Positions 6,164-13,157 of a stretch of DNA of 53,438 nucleotides are shown here, in pieces (positions within the stretch are counted from its first letter, which is position 1; the number at the start of each line of letters is the position of its first letter). The position numbers and the translations under genes are program-made. The notes beneath the pieces are model-generated. The model searched no databases. It was not told the origin of the DNA and saw only the letters and a program-made list of their open reading frames with translations. This DNA is from Candidatus Flemingiibacterium sp. (GTDB lineage Bacteria; Bacillota; Clostridia; Oscillospirales; CAG-272), in assembly GCA_045587285.1 (NCBI GenBank), contig JAZNBZ010000182.1, forward strand, positions 1-53,438, in the 5' to 3' direction.

Positions 6164-6406
6164 TTATTTGAATTTTATTTCGAGATCAACTTTACTTGTC
6201 GCCCCACACTTGGTACATCTTGCATTTCCCTTGGATAATATTTCGATTGTAGTTTTGCCGCATTTCTGGCAATTTCCATCTATTATATCGCCAACATGCG
6301 AATCGAGTACTTTATCGGGATTCTTTTTCAAATCCTTTTCCACGTCTTTTTGAATTTCTTTTAACAGTTTGTTTGCGTTAAACCCTTTGATTTTCACACT
6401 TGCCAT
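6164..6406 (-). CDS. Small zinc-ribbon protein (CxxC-x13-CxxC), unknown function
   Basis: MASVKIKGFNANKLLKEIQKDVEKDLKKNPDKVLDSHVGDIIDGNCQKCGKTTIEILSKGNARCTKCGATSKVDLEIKFK. The GGGAGG RBS lies inside the end of the upstream gene. Confidence 0.6.
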   Translation of the reverse strand: MASVKIKGFNANKLLKEIQKDVEKDLKKNPDKVLDSHVGDIIDGNCQKCGKTTIEILSKGNARCTKCGATSKVDLEIKFK

Positions 6407-6408
6407 AG

Positions 6409-6693
6409 TCAACCAACCTCCCTCGGAAGATCAAGAAGATTATCGTGAGTATAGTCGTTGGGAGACGAACGAACATACTTTTCCCCGTTTACGCTAACCG
6501 CATCAATTACATTCGGGTAAGGGAATCTATCCACCTTTATGCTTCCAGGATTTTCCTTAACATAATCGTGAATAACAGATTTTTTGTAGTAGCCAGGAGT
6601 TTCACATCCAGTTATATAAAGCTGGTCAATTTCAACCAGTTTATCGGAGTAATAACATCCAGGCTTCATTTTAATCTTGGTTACATGCATCAT
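6409..6693 (-). CDS. DUF3892-like protein
   Basis: The C-terminal ...NGEKYVRSSPNDYTHDNLLDLPRE matches the DUF3892 signature (xYxRTxPDxxxxDNLLxLP) as I recall it. The ATG at 6693 is 6 nt after GAGGTG. Confidence 0.55.
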   Translation of the reverse strand: MMHVTKIKMKPGCYYSDKLVEIDQLYITGCETPGYYKKSVIHDYVKENPGSIKVDRFPYPNVIDAVSVNGEKYVRSSPNDYTHDNLLDLPREVG

Positions 6694-6774
6694 TAAATGC
6701 ACCTCATTTCATAATATTTATTTGAAAACAGACACCAAGAAAAAATGAGCAACTTCACATCTTTTGAGATAAAG

Positions 6775-6807
6775 TACTTGACTTTTGGAATTCAAGTATG
6801 TTATAAT
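6775..6807 (+). promoter_or_regulatory. Extended -10 promoter TTGACT-18-(TGT)TATAAT overlapped by the inverted repeat TACTTGA-N10-TCAAGTA
   Basis: -35 at 6778-6783 and -10 at 6802-6807. Inverted-repeat arms at 6775-6781 and 6792-6798. Confidence 0.5.
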
Positions 6808-6813
6808 AGCCTT

Positions 6814-6907
6814 GTCTGTGGAAACATGGCTTGAGTAATCTCAACTTGATGCTATGTAGACATTCTTGCAGCGTGTTAGATACCAGCTAACACGCTGTTC
6901 CTTTTTG
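6814..6907 (+). ncRNA. Candidate ~90-nt cis-antisense RNA to the leader of the DUF3892 operon
   Basis: It starts downstream of the 6778 promoter. It ends at an 11-bp stem CAGCGTGTTAG (6869-6879) / CTAACACGCTG (6887-6897) followed by TTCCTTTTT. It is fully complementary to the minus-strand leader. Confidence 0.4.
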
Positions 6908-6961
6908 TCTGTAATCATCTGTAAATTAGCGAACCTCCAATATCGCATTCTTGATAATGAT

Positions 6962-6990
6962 ATTATAACACATTTTGCACATTTTGTCAA
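6962..6990 (-). promoter_or_regulatory. Consensus promoter TTGACA-17-TATAAT for the DUF3892/zinc-ribbon operon (~260-nt leader)
   Basis: -35 at 6990-6985 and -10 at 6967-6962. Confidence 0.5.
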
Positions 6991-7033
6991 TATATTTCCT
7001 GGAATATTATTCAAAAAATTGAATAATAATAAA

Positions 7034-7076
7034 ATTCAAGAAAATACTTGACATTTCTCGCAATATATGATATAAT
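7034..7076 (+). promoter_or_regulatory. Consensus promoter TTGACA-17-TATAAT with upstream AATTCAAG-AAAA-TACTTGAC motif pair
   Basis: -35 at 7048-7053 and -10 at 7071-7076. The same two 8-mers occur at the 6775-6798 promoter. Confidence 0.55.
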
Positions 7077-7103
7077 ATATTATCTTTTTAGGAGGTTTTT
7101 GTT

Positions 7104-8144
7104 ATGCCTAAAATCGTTGTTACAGAAAGATTGGCCGACACCCTAAAAATGTTACGTGCACAAAATGGCATCAAATCGAAGGATCTTGCAGAACATTTAG
7201 GTAAAACACCAGGGTATGTTTCAAAACTAGAAAAACAAGAAGTAAAGAATATCGAATTAGAAACCGTTGAATCTATCTTTTCTTTTATATTAGGAGCGGA
7301 CTATAAAAAAACCGAAATATGGGAACAAATTTATGCCTCACTTCAAATTAGATATTCAAAAGCAGAGATAGATGAAGAAATTTGGTTCGCTAACTTTGAC
7401 ACAGTCTATAGATATATTCCAATACCCGAAACTGTAATAGATTACTTTAATGACAAAATATTCTCCTTAAATATTACACGTGATTTCCTTTTGGAACGAA
7501 TGAACGCAAACGAGGCATTGTCTGATGAAGAAATCAATGATGAGAATATAAAACCTAATGTTTGGTATCCTGCGGCACCAGATGGAAAAGCATCAATTAA
7601 AATTTGCATCTCTGAAAATGTGTTGTCAAATATTTTGGATAAAAAAATGCGTTCTTCTCCGTACGTATTTGTCTTTTGCATACTCTACTACTTACTAAAG
7701 ATTGAAAAATATAGTGATGTCATAAAAATAGATGATTCTCAAATTCGACAACTAAATCAAGAAGCAAAGTCTATTTTAAATTCGCATAAATTTTATTCTA
7801 TAGCTGAGAGAGAAAATATCGTAAAGCAGGCTCAATCCCAAGAAGAGATACACAATTTACTTAGTTCTTTTGATAATGATAATGCAAAATTGATTGGTGA
7901 AATTCTTGATGAATTAAAATTTGCAAGTGATATTAATATCCAAATAACTAATGATAGGTTAACTGGATTTCTTAAAAACTTAAAAACAGATGCCTGGTTC
8001 ACTCTTAAACTTATAAGTTTGGAGTATCATGCGCTCGACTCTATAGACATATCACAGAGGAAAGAATTCTTAAAAGAAGTTGAAAAACTTATAAAAAAGT
8101 ATACCGATACACAAAAAAATCTTAAGAACACTGAAACGTATTAA
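7104..8144 (+). CDS. XRE-family HTH domain protein with ~270-aa unassigned C-terminal domain
   Basis: 346 aa. The N-terminus LRAQNGIKSKDLAEHLGKTPGYVSKLEKQEVKNIELETVESIF is a Cro/CI-type HTH. AGGAGG RBS. The coding sequence is very AT-rich. Confidence 0.75.
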   Translation: MPKIVVTERLADTLKMLRAQNGIKSKDLAEHLGKTPGYVSKLEKQEVKNIELETVESIFSFILGADYKKTEIWEQIYASLQIRYSKAEIDEEIWFANFDTVYRYIPIPETVIDYFNDKIFSLNITRDFLLERMNANEALSDEEINDENIKPNVWYPAAPDGKASIKICISENVLSNILDKKMRSSPYVFVFCILYYLLKIEKYSDVIKIDDSQIRQLNQEAKSILNSHKFYSIAERENIVKQAQSQEEIHNLLSSFDNDNAKLIGEILDELKFASDINIQITNDRLTGFLKNLKTDAWFTLKLISLEYHALDSIDISQRKEFLKEVEKLIKKYTDTQKNLKNTETY

Positions 8145-8158
8145 TTACCCGAAAAAGC

Positions 8159-8188
8159 GGCGAGATTTGTCTCGCCTCCCTTTTCTTT
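8159..8188 (+). terminator. Intrinsic terminator
   Basis: GGCGAGA-TTTG-TCTCGCC followed by TCCCTTTTCTTT. Confidence 0.6.
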
Positions 8189-8267
8189 GTATGGTACAAT
8201 ATAAGCGTAGCCCTATACCGTGTAAATTGGTATAGTCAGCTATGCTTATTTTTGTTATAATAAGGAA

Positions 8268-8470
8268 GTAACTGGCTGACGGTTCTTTGATGAACTACGC
8301 GTTCGTGCAGTAAACAGTCACCCACCTTCTTGTTATAGAGATTCGATTAAGCAGGTTGTTCCGTTTTTTGCTGGTTGGGGTACCCCAACCAGCAAAAAAT
8401 CGCGTCCGTGTCACGAGCCAAAGATGAGTCGTAATAAGCTTGGTGGAAACGTTACGAAAAAACACAAAGG
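8268..8470 (+). ncRNA. Candidate IS110 bridge (seek) RNA in the left end
   Basis: Extended -10 promoter TAGTCA-17-(TGT)TATAAT at 8233-8261. The structured region includes an 18-bp perfect hairpin. Position 5' of the recombinase matches the IS110-group layout. Confidence 0.4.
8364..8399. repeat. Perfect 36-nt palindrome T6-GCTGGTTGGGGTACCCCAACCAGC-A6
   Basis: Read directly from the sequence. T-run before and A-run after on both strands, so it is not an intrinsic terminator. Confidence 0.8.
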
Positions 8471-8482
8471 AAGGAGTTTTTT

Positions 8483-9679
8483 ATGATTAGTGTTGGAATC
8501 GATGTTTCAAAGGGAAAAAGCACCGTGTGCTTTTTCAAGCCGGGTGGTGAGGTATTGGTAACACCATTTGAGGTCGCTCACATAAAAGATGAATTGGGGC
8601 AGCTCGCCGACCGAATTAATTCTTATGAAGAGGAGGTGCGCGTGGTTCTTGAGAACACAGGTTATTACCATTGGCCTGTGGTGAAACTTCTTGTTGAACG
8701 TGGTGTTTTTGTTTCGGCAGTCAATCCTCTGAAAATGAAGAATTTCTGCTCCCAAAACATCAGAAAAGTAAAAAACGACCGCATAGATGCCATACATATC
8801 GCATCCTACGGTCTTACCTATTGGCACGAGCTCATTCCCATACAAAGCAGTGAGGATACCTATAGAGAATTGCTTCTGCTATCCAGACAATACCACAACG
8901 TAATAAATCTTCTGATCAAGGCAAAGCTCAATTTCGGAAATCTGCTCGATCAGGTCATGCCAGGTATTACTTCGGTCATCAGAGATGATCGAGGCTCTAA
9001 ATTAACAGAATTCGTAAAGAAGTATGTGCATTTTCAGCAGATAGACTCTATGGGTGAAGCCCGCTTCGTTCGGGATTTCTGCAAATGGTCACAAAAACAG
9101 GGATACCGTGTAGATCACGAACGTCAGGCGAAGAAGATCTTCTCCCTTGTTCAAAACGGCATCCCTGTCCTTCCTCACACACCAACCACAAAAATTGTTG
9201 TTTTGGAAGGTTTACGGAGAGTTAACGAGCTTGAAAACTCCCGTGACATTATTTTAGCACAAATGAACGAGCTTGGCAAGACCCTTCCTGAATATTCTTT
9301 AATTTCCGAGATGAAGTGTATAGGCGAAGGTTTAACACCGAGGATAATTGCGGAGATTGGTGATGTCAGAAGATTTCACAACAAGCACTCTCTTATTGCC
9401 TACGCCGGTATTGACGCACCGCCTTACCAATCCGGATCGTATAATGCTACGGAACGCCATATTACGAAACGCGGCAACAAATATCTGCGAAAGGTTATCT
9501 TTGAGGTTTGTTTGAGTTACATCCAGCACAAGCCTGAAGGCGATCCTGTATATGAGTTCATCGAGAAGAAGCGTTCTGAAGGTAAATGCGGAAAGGAATC
9601 CTTGGTCGCTGGTATTAACAAATTCCTTCGCATTTACTACGGCAAGGTTACCGAGCTTTACCGTGAATTAGAACTCTAA
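8483..9679 (+). CDS. IS110 family DEDD transposase/recombinase
   Basis: MISVGIDVSKGKS...VLENTGYYHWP...KNDRIDAIHIA (DEDD RuvC-like N-domain). C-terminal ...IAEIGDVRRFHNKHSLIAYAGIDAPPYQSGSY...KRGNKYLRK (Transposase_20). AAGGAGT RBS. Confidence 0.9.
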   Translation: MISVGIDVSKGKSTVCFFKPGGEVLVTPFEVAHIKDELGQLADRINSYEEEVRVVLENTGYYHWPVVKLLVERGVFVSAVNPLKMKNFCSQNIRKVKNDRIDAIHIASYGLTYWHELIPIQSSEDTYRELLLLSRQYHNVINLLIKAKLNFGNLLDQVMPGITSVIRDDRGSKLTEFVKKYVHFQQIDSMGEARFVRDFCKWSQKQGYRVDHERQAKKIFSLVQNGIPVLPHTPTTKIVVLEGLRRVNELENSRDIILAQMNELGKTLPEYSLISEMKCIGEGLTPRIIAEIGDVRRFHNKHSLIAYAGIDAPPYQSGSYNATERHITKRGNKYLRKVIFEVCLSYIQHKPEGDPVYEFIEKKRSEGKCGKESLVAGINKFLRIYYGKVTELYRELEL

Positions 9680-9702
9680 TTACATACAACCGAATACCTC
9701 TC

Positions 9703-9734
9703 GGGCGAAAAATTTCATACTTTTTCGCCCTTTT
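9703..9734 (+). terminator. Intrinsic terminator
   Basis: GGGCGAAAAA-N8-TTTTTCGCCC followed by TTTT. Confidence 0.6.
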
Positions 9735-9836
9735 GGTGCTGCTCATGTTAGCTCAAAAAATTCTCGATTATTTTTGAAAAACCTATTGACTTTTCTTAGC
9801 AGGTTTACTGCGGTGCAAATATTGGACGCCGATCTC

Positions 9837-9865
9837 TTGACTTTCCCCTTAAACTATGCTACAAT
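9837..9865 (+). promoter_or_regulatory. Promoter TTGACT-17-TACAAT
   Basis: -35 at 9837-9842 and -10 at 9860-9865. Confidence 0.5.
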
Positions 9866-9871
9866 AATATA

Positions 9872-9978
9872 AACGAAAACGTCACCGGAGGCAGAACGCC
9901 GTAGTGTTCAATTGCCGGATTAGGTGTCCGAGTGAGCTCGGGTTATTGTGTATGCAATAGCCGGAGCCTGATTTTTTT
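9872..9978 (+). promoter_or_regulatory. Structured ~120-nt leader with terminator/alternative hairpin (attenuator or riboswitch candidate) upstream of the GNAT gene
   Basis: Hairpin CCGAG-TGAG-CTCGG (9928-9941) competes with the longer helix GCTCGGG...CCGGAGC (9936-9967). That helix is followed by CTGATTTTTTT (T7 at 9972-9978). Confidence 0.35.
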
Positions 9979-9993
9979 GCTTTGGAGGTAATT

Positions 9994-10548
9994 ATGAAAA
10001 CCACAAAAGTAGCCCTTGTTCCGCTCACCGCAGACGACCGTGAGCAGTTCATCCTCGATAACCAATGGTCGTTCAAATACGGCGCAATGCAAGAGTTTGG
10101 CGAGCGCGACGATCACATCGACGGCGACGGCGAAATCATCTCCCGTAAGACGATTGAGCGCTGCATCGACGATCCGCAAAACGAAACCTATCGCATAGTC
10201 GTGGACAGCAGGAAGGTCGGCGGCGTGATTTTGAAAATTGACCGCGAGACTAACCACAATCATCTTGAGATACTCTTCACATCGCCCGAGGAGCACAGCA
10301 AAGGTATCGGCTACGGCGCGTGGCAGGCAGTGGAAGCGCTTCATCCCGAAACCGTAGTTTGGGAGACTTGCACACCGTATTTCGAGAAACGCAACATCCA
10401 TTTTTACGTCAACAAATGCGGCTTCAAGATCGATCAGTTCTGGTGCGAGTATTTCCAGCCGGACGTGCCGAAGATCGACGATGAAAAGCACGATCCCGAC
10501 GAAGGTCCGGATGAAATGTTCCGATTTGTGAAGGTGATGAAGCCGTAG
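9994..10548 (+). CDS. GNAT family N-acetyltransferase
   Basis: 185 aa with ...LEILFTSPEEHSKGIGYGAWQAVE...YVNKCGFK (acetyl-CoA binding-type motif). GGAGG 5 nt before the ATG at 9994. Confidence 0.75.
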   Translation: MKTTKVALVPLTADDREQFILDNQWSFKYGAMQEFGERDDHIDGDGEIISRKTIERCIDDPQNETYRIVVDSRKVGGVILKIDRETNHNHLEILFTSPEEHSKGIGYGAWQAVEALHPETVVWETCTPYFEKRNIHFYVNKCGFKIDQFWCEYFQPDVPKIDDEKHDPDEGPDEMFRFVKVMKP

Positions 10549-10594
10549 GCGTTTTCTTTGACCATGCGATGCAGATTTTCATCCGCGAAACCGC

Positions 10595-10623
10595 TTGACA
10601 ATCGCCGCAACAAGCGCTACAAT
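10595..10623 (+). promoter_or_regulatory. Consensus promoter TTGACA-17-TACAAT pointing antisense into the 3' end of the regulator gene
   Basis: -35 at 10595-10600 and -10 at 10618-10623. No plausible plus-strand ORF follows. Confidence 0.35.
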
Positions 10624-10636
10624 ACAAACGCCCTCA

Positions 10637-11755
10637 TTATCCCCCGCTGCTTTCGCGAACTACGAGATGAGAGCTGACCTTGTGCTTTGCGGGAATATGA
10701 TTTGGATTATTGACGTAATCCATCATAACCTCAAAAGCCGTCCTCGCAATGTCTGTGTAGAGGTACGCCATAGTCGTGAGCGTGGGGGATACGGAGCTGG
10801 TTATGGGCAAATCGTCAAAGCCCACTATCATAACGTCCTTTGGAACTATAAGCCTTTCGTGCTTTCCGAGGTTGTAATTCTTAATGCTTCGAAGTACCTC
10901 CGCCGCTAACATATCGTGGTGACAAAATACGCCTATCGGAAGCAGTTCTCTTTGTTTTTTTAGCCTGCGTATCAGAGCAGATACGAGCCGCTTGACGTTG
11001 TCAGCATCTATTTTTCCGCCCGTGTTTGAAACAACGCCGATGTGCTCGCTCGGAATACTCTTCCCTGCTTCTGTCAGCTGATGATAATATCCCTCGAAGC
11101 GCTGATCCTTGTCAACGCAGTCACTGAGCGCGAAATAGTAAAATGACCGACAGCCGCAGGACAGAAGGTGACCTGCAACCTGCTTGCCTGCACTCAAATT
11201 ATCTACCAAAACCGTATCGGCGTTCGGAAGATCAACGTCCTCGGCAAGCGTAACGATAGGTAACGGATACCTGGAAAAGTACGGCTGCTGATAAGACGAT
11301 AACGACGAACAGTTAAACACCCCACAGCATCCAAGCTCAAAAAACATATCCATTATATCCCGTTCACGCTCCCGTATCCCTCCGCCGTCAGAAACGATAA
11401 GCTGCATTTGATTTTCACAAGCAACGGCTTGCAGATTCTGCAAAACAGACGAAAAGAACGGATTGTTGATATTGTTTACGAGAACACCGAAGATGTTTTT
11501 CTGCCTTCGGTCGTAAAATTTTCGCATAGGCGCTCCGGCTTTACAAAATCCGCTGCATACGTAATATCCGCCTCCAAGCGCTCGAATAAATCCCTCGGCT
11601 TTAAGGCGCTCGTACACTCGCATAGCGTCCCTTGAAGAACACCGCCGTGCATTTGCAAACTCACGCGCTGTAATAAAACGCGAGCCGGAAATTCCGTATT
11701 TTCCATTTACGATATCCGCCTTTGCGCTTTGGAACAGTTCATCGGCACGGCTCAC
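10637..11755 (-). CDS. Transcriptional regulator, GntR-type wHTH fused to a LacI/PBP-type sugar-binding domain
   Basis: N-terminus ...FITAREFANARRCSSRDAMRVYERLKAEGFI (GntR-like). The remainder is periplasmic-binding-fold (IVGFDDLP...). Start reassigned to the GTG at 11755, 8 nt after AAGGAGG. Confidence 0.75.
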   Translation of the reverse strand: MSRADELFQSAKADIVNGKYGISGSRFITAREFANARRCSSRDAMRVYERLKAEGFIRALGGGYYVCSGFCKAGAPMRKFYDRRQKNIFGVLVNNINNPFFSSVLQNLQAVACENQMQLIVSDGGGIRERERDIMDMFFELGCCGVFNCSSLSSYQQPYFSRYPLPIVTLAEDVDLPNADTVLVDNLSAGKQVAGHLLSCGCRSFYYFALSDCVDKDQRFEGYYHQLTEAGKSIPSEHIGVVSNTGGKIDADNVKRLVSALIRRLKKQRELLPIGVFCHHDMLAAEVLRSIKNYNLGKHERLIVPKDVMIVGFDDLPITSSVSPTLTTMAYLYTDIARTAFEVMMDYVNNPNHIPAKHKVSSHLVVRESSGG

Positions 11756-11983
11756 AGAACGCACCTCCTTATGCAAAATCTCCGTACTGTCAGGATAGAA
11801 TCTTTTTCCTTGAGAACAGTATATCATATTTCTGTGAACTATTCAAGAGCTTTGGGTAACATCGCGGCGATGTTTCCTTTAAAAGTACCCAAAAGCATAC
11901 CGACGCCCTATACGCTGTGATATAATAAAATCGACGGTAATCTTCGTTAAACATTGATATATTACATACAGGTGCTATTTATT

Positions 11984-13117
11984 ATGAAAGCTATCGTAAA
12001 TGCAACTATCGTTATGCCCGATCACCTGATACCAAGCGGCACGGTCGTAATAAAGGGTGACAGGATCCTCGATTTCGGGCGAAAAATCAACGCTGACGGT
12101 ATGGAGGTTTTCGATGCCCAGGGTGCGTATCTCGGTCCCGGACTTATTGATATCCATACTCACTCCGACGGCGAGGTCTTCTTTTCGGATGATCCCGTAA
12201 AGGTCGCACGCACGCTTCTCTCTCACGGTGTTACGGATGTTTTACCGGCACTTTATTTCAGTGCCGACCGCGACGCCCTCATAAGCCAAGCAAGGACGAT
12301 ACGCTCGGCAACTCGCGAGGCTCCCAATATACTTGGACTGTATATGGAAGCGCCGTATATGAATCCTAAATTCGGATGCAACAGAGAAAACAACCCGTGG
12401 CGGCACCCGATAAGCAAGGAGGATTACGCTCCTCTTATTGAAGCCGTAAAGGGCTTCGCAAGGGTTTGGGTTGTCGCACCCGAGCGAGAGGGCATAAAGG
12501 ATTTTGTCAGCGATGTCAAAGCGGCTGATCCGAGCGCCGTATTCTCGGTAGGTCACAGCGAGGCTTCGCCCGAGATGATAGAGGCGCTTATGCCCTACGG
12601 CTTAAAGCTCGCCACGCACCACACAAACGCAACAGGAACATTACAGAAATACCCCGAATGCAGAGCCGCCTGTGTTGACGAAGCGGCGCTTTATAACGAC
12701 GGGATATACACCGAGCTTATCTGCGACAAGGTGGGTATCCACGTAGCTCCGTATATGCTTCGACTTATAAAGAAAATAAAGGGCGACGATCGTATCATAC
12801 TGATCTCCGACGCCTTCGTTGAACACGGGCCAAAGCCCTCAGACTACCTATACGCGGGCGCGGACGACATAAACTTTGACTTTTCGGGTGAAATAGCCGG
12901 CTCAAAAATGATACTCGACGGCGCCTGCCGCAATATGATGGTGCACACGGGTGCGTCAATATGTCAGGTGTTCAAATACGCATCCACCAACCCTGCAAAG
13001 CTGTTATCGCTCGCCGACAGAGGCTCGGTGGCTGTCGGAAACGTGGCAAATCTCATTCTGACCGACGCGGAATTCAACGTTAAACGCGTTATGCTGAACG
13101 GTCAGTTTACCAATTAA
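11984..13117 (+). CDS. NagA-like amidohydrolase (N-acetylglucosamine-6-phosphate deacetylase family)
   Basis: MKAIVNATIV...GPGLIDIHTHSDG (HxH metal motif). Length ~377 aa. The ATG at 11984 is preferred over the track start. Confidence 0.7.
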   Translation: MKAIVNATIVMPDHLIPSGTVVIKGDRILDFGRKINADGMEVFDAQGAYLGPGLIDIHTHSDGEVFFSDDPVKVARTLLSHGVTDVLPALYFSADRDALISQARTIRSATREAPNILGLYMEAPYMNPKFGCNRENNPWRHPISKEDYAPLIEAVKGFARVWVVAPEREGIKDFVSDVKAADPSAVFSVGHSEASPEMIEALMPYGLKLATHHTNATGTLQKYPECRAACVDEAALYNDGIYTELICDKVGIHVAPYMLRLIKKIKGDDRIILISDAFVEHGPKPSDYLYAGADDINFDFSGEIAGSKMILDGACRNMMVHTGASICQVFKYASTNPAKLLSLADRGSVAVGNVANLILTDAEFNVKRVMLNGQFTN

Positions 13118-13157
13118 ATCTGTAACAATTTATATTACATATTTCAAGGAGAAAGCT

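Larger units (their letters stand above)
8200..9700 (+). mobile_element. IS110-family insertion sequence (boundaries approximate)
   Basis: DEDD recombinase gene preceded by ~280 nt of structured non-coding DNA and a short 3' flank. The family lacks terminal inverted repeats, so the ends cannot be fixed from one copy. Confidence 0.7.

Noticed and set aside
6841-6918. A 25-codon minus-strand ORF (MITDKKEQRVSWYLTRCKNVYIASS) in the DUF3892 operon leader as a type I toxin
   Set aside because: The GGAGG is 15 nt from the ATG, which is too far. The peptide is hydrophilic and not membrane-active in character. It cannot be excluded as a leader peptide.
8364-8399. The 36-nt perfect palindrome as a bidirectional intrinsic terminator
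   Set aside because: On both strands the hairpin is preceded by the T-run and followed by the A-run. This is the reverse of what a terminator needs. It is more likely an RNA stem or DNA structural element of the IS110 left end.
4840-8399. Similarity between the IS200 end hairpins (CCACCAGC/GCTGGTGG) and the IS110 palindrome (CCAACCAGC/GCTGGTTGG) as evidence of a functional link between the two elements
   Set aside because: Only about 8 nt are shared and the sequence is simple. I cannot distinguish this from chance without genome-wide counts.
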